In this document: in pieces, positions 57,781 through 64,000 of the stretch | Numbering within the stretch: the first letter of the stretch is position 1 | How the letters are laid out: each line of letters begins with the position of its first letter | Source of the DNA: Halorientalis sp. | GTDB taxonomy: Archaea; Halobacteriota; Halobacteria; Halobacteriales; Haloarculaceae | Direction of reading: 5' to 3' | Assembly (NCBI GenBank): GCA_042216105.1 | Contig: JBDGUF010000015.1 | Coordinates: forward strand, 22,210 to 86,209 | Length of the DNA stretch: 64,000 bases | Position numbers and translations under genes: made by a program | The notes under the pieces: model-generated | Told to the model about the DNA's origin: nothing | What the model saw: the letters and a program-made list of their open reading frames with translations, nothing else | Databases searched by the model: none

Positions 57781-58450
57781 CCACGGTCACCTCCAGGATC
57801 GCCTTCGTCTCTCTGGCCGGGAAGTAGGTCACCCGGACGGTCCCCGTCGCGAGGCTCCGGTTGGCCGCGAACCCGAGTTCCGTCGTCTCGAACCGGGAGA
57901 GGTCGACGGTGAACGTCCCCCGGAGTCCGGACGCGTTGTGGAGGACGACCCGACCGTTCGCGCGGACGGTGTGCAGCGCGGTCCGCGGTGGCGGGTCGAG
58001 TCGCAGGCGAACGCGGTCGGTCCGGCGCGGAATCGTCGTCGTGTTCCCGACCGCCAGCGACGGCTCGTAGCTCCGGGTCTGGGTCTCCCGGACGAGGACG
58101 ATCCGCCGGATCGTCGTGCCGCCGTCGGGCGTCCCGGTTGCGGCGACCGTGCGGTCGCCGAGCCGGACGCGCACGGCGTGGTCACCCACGACCGGGAACC
58201 GGGTCCGGAGCCGGGTCGCGGTGAGGTTCCCGACCGCCGTCGCGTTCAGGACGTTCGCCCGTGCCGTCAGCGGTCCCGCGGGACCGACCAGCCGCTCCGA
58301 CAGTGCGACGGCGACTCGTCGCTCCGCGGCGTCGCGCTCGGCGCTGGCGAACGCACCGTCGGCCAGCGCCATGCCGACCCCGGCCGTCGTCGTCAACACC
58401 AGCAACGCGACGGCGAGCGCCGGGAGGTTCGTCTGGGCTCTGGCGCTCAT
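57770..58450 (-). CDS. Pilin-like protein with class III signal peptide
   Basis: ARA/QTNLPALAVALLVL. Confidence 0.78.
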   Translation of the reverse strand: MSARAQTNLPALAVALLVLTTTAGVGMALADGAFASAERDAAERRVAVALSERLVGPAGPLTARANVLNATAVGNLTATRLRTRFPVVGDHAVRVRLGDRTVAATGTPDGGTTIRRIVLVRETQTRSYEPSLAVGNTTTIPRRTDRVRLRLDPPPRTALHTVRANGRVVLHNASGLRGTFTVDLSRFETTELGFAANRSLATGTVRVTYFPARETKAILEVTVDAR

Positions 58451-58908
58451 CGTCCCTCCAGCCGGACGACCAGCCCGGCGTCGGTACGGCTGACCCGGAC
58501 GTACGTCGTCTCGCCACTCTCCCACCGTCCCTCGACCCGGACGACCGATCCCGGGAGCGCGAGCCGCGCCCGTTCGTCGAGCCGGTCGTGCGGGTGATCG
58601 AGGACGAGCGAGCGATTCTCGGCGCGGATCTCGTAGCCAGCGCCCCGGATCGTCGGCGGCACGTCGACCCGCACCCGTACGTCGACCGCCGTCGCGTTCG
58701 GCGGGACGGCCTGCTGGACCCGCTCGGCGGCAGCCGCGAGCGTCCGCTCGCTCAGCTCTTCGCCGGCCGCCGTCCGGGCGTCGGGCACCAGACCGCCGTA
58801 GACCGTGACCGAGACGAGGCTGACGAAAAGCGTCACCAGCCCGATGGCCAGCACCTTCTCGACGACGGTACTGAACGCCCTGTCGTCCCGCCGAAACGCC
58901 CCCGTCAT
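58447..58908 (-). CDS. Pilin-like protein with class III signal peptide
   Basis: DDRA/FSTVVEKVLAIGLV. Confidence 0.78.
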   Translation of the reverse strand: MTGAFRRDDRAFSTVVEKVLAIGLVTLFVSLVSVTVYGGLVPDARTAAGEELSERTLAAAAERVQQAVPPNATAVDVRVRVDVPPTIRGAGYEIRAENRSLVLDHPHDRLDERARLALPGSVVRVEGRWESGETTYVRVSRTDAGLVVRLEGR

Positions 58909-59621
58909 CCGCCCGTCACCTCCGCGTGCATGTCGTGGACGACGAGGTAACCGGTCCGGTTCCCAGGGAAGCGGCCGACGACACTCGGGGTCCCGTCGCC
59001 GTCGAAGTCCCGCCGCGCCACCGAGGCGTTCCGCTCGCTGAACCAGCGTTCGAGCGGCCCCGGCGTGGCCGTCTCGATGGCGACCCCGAAGGTCCCGCTT
59101 CCGAGCGCGGTCCGGTCGTGCGTGACGCGCGTTCGGACCGTAATCGATGTCTCACCGGTGCCGCCGACGCCGACGGCGCTCGCGTCGAGACGTGCGACGC
59201 TCGCGACGAACACGTCCCCGCCGGGCGCGGCGGTGATCGGCGGTCCGTCGTGCAGCCACGCGCTCCCACCGGATCGCCGGACGATGGCGTCGCCCACGTA
59301 GGTAACGCTGCGCTCACCCGCCTCGAAGACGAGCCCGCCGACCTCGACGGTGGCCCGGATGCCGGAGCCGTCCAGGACTCTGATCTCGCGATCGACGGTC
59401 GAGAGGTGACCCCTGGTGAAGCGCACGGTCCCTCGGTGCTGGCCGGTCGTCTCGACCGGTTCGAGTGCGTCGTCGAACGCCGTGGCCACGCGAGCGGCGT
59501 CGGCGCTGGCCGCGTTGTGCTGGACGAGCGCGCCGATGGCGGCCGTGAGCGCGGCCATCGAGATGACCGCGATGCCGAGCAGGAGGGCGACGCCGACGAC
59601 GTTGGACTGCCCGCGAGTCAT
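58905..59621 (-). CDS. Pilin-like protein with class III signal peptide
   Basis: TRG/QSNVVGVALLLGIAVI. Confidence 0.8.
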   Translation of the reverse strand: MTRGQSNVVGVALLLGIAVISMAALTAAIGALVQHNAASADAARVATAFDDALEPVETTGQHRGTVRFTRGHLSTVDREIRVLDGSGIRATVEVGGLVFEAGERSVTYVGDAIVRRSGGSAWLHDGPPITAAPGGDVFVASVARLDASAVGVGGTGETSITVRTRVTHDRTALGSGTFGVAIETATPGPLERWFSERNASVARRDFDGDGTPSVVGRFPGNRTGYLVVHDMHAEVTGG

Positions 59622-61549
59622 ACCATTCCCGCCCCCGTGAAGACGACGTAGGCGATACCGACCAGCGCGGCCGAGTGGAGGAGTGCCTCGTAGCGACCGC
59701 GCGAGGCCGTGCCCGCGAACCAGCCACAGGCGAGCATCGTCGCCTGCGTGACCACGTAGAACCGCCAGCGGTCCCGTGCCGGGTCGATGGCGTCCGGGCT
59801 GATCGCCAGTCCCGCGCTCGATCCGGCGACCGAGGACAGTTGCGTGAACCCGTCGAGGACGTAGCCGTTGACCGCGACCATGATGCCGACCACGAGCAAC
59901 GCCGTCGTCCAGCCAACCGCCACGTACACCAGAAGCGACGAGCGCAACTGCTTGCGTTCGTGATAGAGCCGCCCGATCTCGGTCTGGAGCGTCTCGAACA
60001 CGTCCTCGGAGTCGCTCCCGGCGTCGAGCGCGCCGGTCACCAGCCCGATCGTCTGTTCGGCCATCGGCGTTCCCACCCGATCGACGAACTGCGCGAGTGC
60101 GGCGGCCTGTACGTCGGTCGTGTCGTCGCTCCGGTCCCCGCCGGTCGTCAGGTTCATCATGAACGCCAGGTCGTCCACGTCCTCCTGGAGCGCGCCGAGG
60201 TCGACCTCGCGGGTGACCCGCTCGACGGCGTCGGGGAACGGTCGCCCGAGGCTGACGTGGCCCGACACCGCGTGGACGAAGTCCTTGATCTCGCGGTCCT
60301 TCGCGTCGTCGATGCGTGCCCGCCGGACGGCGACGATCCCGACCGGGAGTCCGAAGGCCACGTATCCCAGCAGGATGGCGTTCGGCGGGCGATAGCTCCA
60401 GGTCCACAACAGGACGGCGACCGCCACGGCCAGCGGAGCGGTCACGACCGCCGCGCTTGCCGGGTTGGTCGGCACGCTCTCCAGCAAACCGAGGACGTCG
60501 TCGGGCAGGTCGTACCGGCCCGTCGAGTGTTCGGCCGGTCGGAGCGACTCGACGAGCAGGGCCGAACCGGCACCGACCGCGAGGACGAAGGCGCCGCTCC
60601 CGTACACCAGGATCGTCTTGGTCGCCACCGGACCGACCGGCGTGGCGACCGGTTCCGACAGCCCGGGTGCGAGGACGCTCATCACCGTCAGGATGAGGAC
60701 GAACAGCGCCGGGAGAACCAGCAGGACGACGAACAGTTCCGAGAGGAGTTCGAGGAAGCCGCCGGTCCGCTCGCGGGCACGGGCCTCCCGGTTCGAGAGC
60801 ATCCGCCCCTCCAGCTGGAGGTAGTTCGCCAGCGCGTCCCCGCCCTGGTTGGCGTGTTCCCGGAACTTGAGGAGGAAGGGCGCGAGCAGGTCCTTCGAGG
60901 GGGTGTCCCGGGCGACCATCTCCAGCCCCTCGTCGACGCTGCCGGTCAGCTCGGCCTTGTTCAGCGCCGTCCGGAAGGCAGCCGCGGTCTCGCCGTAGGC
61001 GTCCTGGTCGGCGACGGTACGCAGCATCGCGCGCTGGTCGCTGCTCCCCGTCGCGAGGACCCGCAGGTACCGGACCGCACCCGGCAGCGTCCGCTCGATG
61101 CTCGATCGACGGGCGCTGGCGACCCACCGGAGGTAGAGCCCTCCGGCCCAGACGGTGAGTCGTTTGCCCGCCAGTCCGGTCGCCAGTCCGGCTGCGACCG
61201 CGACGTAGGGTCGGGGAACCGTGGGCAGGCCGACGCGGTTCACGATCGGCAGGCCCGACCGCAGGAAGCCGACCACGCCGTCGATCAGCGCCGGCGGCAG
61301 TGCGGCGGCGACGGTTCCCGTCAGCACCGCCAGCGCGATCAGTACGGCCCACGAGATCCCGTAGACCCGTGCGAGGTACACGTCGAACCCGGTCGGGAGG
61401 TTCGCGGCCCGGTAGCGCTCGCGGTCGCGTTCGTGTCGTGGCCGGTCGGCGTGACGGGAGAAGAGCGCGTACAGCCCGCGGTCGAGGACGGACAGCGACC
61501 GGCCCCCAGTGGCCGGGGTTCTCGCTCCCTCGCGATCAGTCGTCGCCAT
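59618..61549 (-). CDS. pilC: Type IV pilus platform protein (T2SS-F/TadC-like, two domains)
   Basis: IERTLPGAVRYL, ARDTPS, SELFV; second domain IKDFVHAVS..G. Confidence 0.88.
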   Translation of the reverse strand: MATTDREGARTPATGGRSLSVLDRGLYALFSRHADRPRHERDRERYRAANLPTGFDVYLARVYGISWAVLIALAVLTGTVAAALPPALIDGVVGFLRSGLPIVNRVGLPTVPRPYVAVAAGLATGLAGKRLTVWAGGLYLRWVASARRSSIERTLPGAVRYLRVLATGSSDQRAMLRTVADQDAYGETAAAFRTALNKAELTGSVDEGLEMVARDTPSKDLLAPFLLKFREHANQGGDALANYLQLEGRMLSNREARARERTGGFLELLSELFVVLLVLPALFVLILTVMSVLAPGLSEPVATPVGPVATKTILVYGSGAFVLAVGAGSALLVESLRPAEHSTGRYDLPDDVLGLLESVPTNPASAAVVTAPLAVAVAVLLWTWSYRPPNAILLGYVAFGLPVGIVAVRRARIDDAKDREIKDFVHAVSGHVSLGRPFPDAVERVTREVDLGALQEDVDDLAFMMNLTTGGDRSDDTTDVQAAALAQFVDRVGTPMAEQTIGLVTGALDAGSDSEDVFETLQTEIGRLYHERKQLRSSLLVYVAVGWTTALLVVGIMVAVNGYVLDGFTQLSSVAGSSAGLAISPDAIDPARDRWRFYVVTQATMLACGWFAGTASRGRYEALLHSAALVGIAYVVFTGAGMV

Positions 61550-63770
61550 CGGTACCCCCGATCTCGATGTCCGGTTCGTAGTCGGTGCCGTCACGGTCCG
61601 CGATGGATCGGCTCGCCCGCTCGACGGTGGCCGCCTCGTCGGTCCGTAGATCCGCGAAGAACTCGAACAGGTCACCGAAGTCGGTGACACCCTCCCGCTG
61701 GAGGTACTCGACGTACCGGTGTTTCCGGTGGAACTCGTCCTCGACGGCGTCGACGGGCCTGTCGGTCCGCTCGGCGAGGCGGTGGAACACGCGCGTCCCC
61801 AGCGACCGTCCGTCGTCGCCCAGCCGCGGGTGGTCGTAGGCGAGGTGGAACTCGCCGTCGTGGTCGCGGTCGACGACGGTGTTGTGATAGATCGTCGTAC
61901 TGTCCTTCCGGATCGTTCCACAGGTGTCAGCGTCCCGGTCCAGTGCCCGGAACGCCGACTCGTCCAGCAGTTCGACGACCCGGCCGACGTAGCGGTCACC
62001 GTCGACGTGACGCGGGAAGACGACGAGATCGATCTCTTTCAGCAGGTACGGCGGGAGCCCCTGCTCGACGACCCGATTGACCAGCGTCGGCACGTCCTCG
62101 GCGTGGGTCGTCCCGATGATGCCGTGGCCCGTATTGAGGCTCTCGGCGAAAGTCTCGAAGGACGCGGGCGTGTTGATCTCCGCGATCACCTCGATGTCCG
62201 GGTTGAGGTAGTTCGCCTCCGTCATCAGGTCCGACATCGTGACGCGTTTGTACTCGCTCTCGTGGTCGCGAGTCGTGAGCGAGACGCCGGTCTCGTGGGG
62301 TAGCTGGACCTCCCGGGAGCCCTCGTCGATGCTGATCGGCCGATCGTCGTATCGGACGAAGGGCATGTGGGCGTTCATCAGCGTCGTCTTGCCCACGCCG
62401 GTCGGGCCGGAGAAGAGGACGACCCCGCGGTGTTCGTAGAGCAACCACAGCAGTGCGACCAGTTCCGTCGAGACGCTGTCCCGGTGGAGCAGGTCGACGG
62501 GCGTCAGCACGTCGGAAGCCTGTTTGCGGATCGAGATGTGGGGTCCGTCCTCGCTGATGGTCGGGAGCGCGACGGCACAGCGGATCGTCTCGTCGACCCC
62601 CTCGGGCTGGAGGTTCACCTTCGCGCTCGGCGTGCTGGCGTTCAGCTCCGTCCCGTCGGCCGCGGCCAGCTGGGTGACGACGTTGACGAACGTCTTCTCG
62701 TCCTCGAAGGTCAGGTTCGTCGGGATGCGCTCGTTGTGGCCCACGTCCGCACGCGGGACGACCTTGACGCGCTCTCCGACCCGGTTGGCCTCGATGTCTT
62801 CGAGCGTCGGGTCCCGGATCGGGATCGTCAGTTTGCCGTGCCCGACGTAATCCCGGAGGACGTAGTAGACCAGATCGGAGAGGCGGTCGTCGGCGAACCG
62901 ACGGTCGACCGGCGGGACGGCCAGATCGTACTCGGCCAGGGCCGCCCGCACCCGGTAGGAGAGCGCGTCGAACCACGCCCGGGTGTTCCGGGCGGTCAGC
63001 TGTCGGGAGAGGAGTTCCCGGGCGCGTTCGTCGACGAACGCGGCGGCGTCCTCGACGAGGCCGTCGGTACTGGTCTCCCAGATCCGCTCCTTGCAGTCCT
63101 CGATGAGCCGTTCGTCGCCCGGCAGGAGATCCGGTTCCTGCACCGCGTACTTCGTGGTGAAGGGGTCGTTCCCGAGGACGTTCTCCCGGTAGATCACCAC
63201 GGGAATCTCGAAGCCGTGGAACTCGACGGTGTGTCGTTCCAGCCGTTCGCTGGCGAACCGCTCCAGGTGGTCGGGATCGGCGGGCAACTCGGTCACGGCG
63301 GGCGCGTAGTCCTCGGTGTGGACCACGAGCCGGTCCTCGGCGGCGTCGGCCACGTCGATGCGCTCGTCCAGCGCGTAGGGCGTGAGTTCCTCCAGACAGC
63401 GCAACTCCGCGAGCGCGTGGTAGTCCAGACGGCGGCGCTCGGCGTGGGTGCAGTCGGTCAGACGGTCGATCACGCGCCGCGATTTCGGTTCGAAGCCGCT
63501 GGCCATCAACTCGATCGCTCCCTCGCGGGTGAGCGGGCGGGCGAACCCCGCGTCCGCGAAGTGATCGCGCACGCGGGCGAAGTCGCTTCGCTCGCCGGGC
63601 GTCATCGACGGTTCGCGGATCTCGTAGGCGAAGCCGTCGGGGCGTTCGCGGATCGTCGCGACGACGCCGGGGTGGATCTCCCGCTGGTCGCACACCTCGG
63701 GCGCGTACCAGGCGTCGGGATCGTCCGGCGGGACCGGTGCTGGCACCTGTTCCCCAACCCGCTGACTCAT
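61536..63770 (-). CDS. pilB: Type IV pilus assembly ATPase (VirB11/TadA-like)
   Basis: GPTGVGKTT, ISIRK, NPD..VIAE, TGHG..GTTHA. Confidence 0.92.
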   Translation of the reverse strand: MSQRVGEQVPAPVPPDDPDAWYAPEVCDQREIHPGVVATIRERPDGFAYEIREPSMTPGERSDFARVRDHFADAGFARPLTREGAIELMASGFEPKSRRVIDRLTDCTHAERRRLDYHALAELRCLEELTPYALDERIDVADAAEDRLVVHTEDYAPAVTELPADPDHLERFASERLERHTVEFHGFEIPVVIYRENVLGNDPFTTKYAVQEPDLLPGDERLIEDCKERIWETSTDGLVEDAAAFVDERARELLSRQLTARNTRAWFDALSYRVRAALAEYDLAVPPVDRRFADDRLSDLVYYVLRDYVGHGKLTIPIRDPTLEDIEANRVGERVKVVPRADVGHNERIPTNLTFEDEKTFVNVVTQLAAADGTELNASTPSAKVNLQPEGVDETIRCAVALPTISEDGPHISIRKQASDVLTPVDLLHRDSVSTELVALLWLLYEHRGVVLFSGPTGVGKTTLMNAHMPFVRYDDRPISIDEGSREVQLPHETGVSLTTRDHESEYKRVTMSDLMTEANYLNPDIEVIAEINTPASFETFAESLNTGHGIIGTTHAEDVPTLVNRVVEQGLPPYLLKEIDLVVFPRHVDGDRYVGRVVELLDESAFRALDRDADTCGTIRKDSTTIYHNTVVDRDHDGEFHLAYDHPRLGDDGRSLGTRVFHRLAERTDRPVDAVEDEFHRKHRYVEYLQREGVTDFGDLFEFFADLRTDEAATVERASRSIADRDGTDYEPDIEIGGTDGDD

Positions 63771-63803
63771 GTGCCGGGCGTGGTCGCGTTTTCGGACTTA
63801 AAT

Positions 63804-64000
63804 TTAGGGACGGCGGTCGCCGTCCCCGCGGGGGAGTGCGAGCGCGTCCAGGTCGACGTGGTCGCGGAGCAGCGTCGCCGCCCGGTCGGCGGCCGCGTCG
63901 ATCCCGCCGCGGGCCGGTTCGTCGCTCCCGGGCGCTGTCCCGGTCGGTCCGTCGCGATCGGCGGCCGCGAAGACCGTCTCGACGAACGCCTCGCGAGCGA
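63804..64000 (-). CDS. C-terminal fragment, possibly cobyric acid synthase (CbiP/CobQ)
   Basis: ...REAFVETVF...DRAATLLRDHVDLDAL...*; resembles CobQ C-termini, only about 65 codons visible. Confidence 0.5.
   Translation of the reverse strand, partial: AREAFVETVFAAADRDGPTGTAPGSDEPARGGIDAAADRAATLLRDHVDLDALALPRGDGDRRP

Overview
Chromosomal window of a high-GC halophilic archaeon (class Halobacteria), judged from acidic proteins, GTG/leaderless starts, TATA-like boxes about 25-30 nt upstream of starts, a PGF-CTERM signal and class III signal peptides. It is mostly core genome: thi4, archaeal CoA biosynthesis (pantoate kinase, phosphopantothenate synthetase, mfnA), aspS, GGGP synthase, topA, gatB, an Rnl3-type RNA ligase divergent from a HARP/PIN nuclease, smc-scpA, ppsA, metG, nfeD/SPFH, minD plus partner, heme-copper oxidase subunit I, and a pilB-pilC operon with five pilin-like genes. 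I saw no rRNA, tRNA, CRISPR array or intact transposase. The best candidates for undescribed biology are: (i) the divergent RNA ligase/HARP pair as a cut-and-join module; (ii) a membrane-anchored protein with 13 DUF1508-like repeats inside the CoA locus; (iii) a cluster of zinc-finger microproteins next to minD, including a 38-aa C2H2 ORF below the ORF-track cutoff; (iv) a ~560-bp promoter-containing, structured insert between nfeD and SPFH. There are also two palindromic elements, a toxin-antitoxin operator, a deletion-fusion pseudogene and a repeat-associated frameshift. All family assignments come from motif recognition by eye, not database searches.
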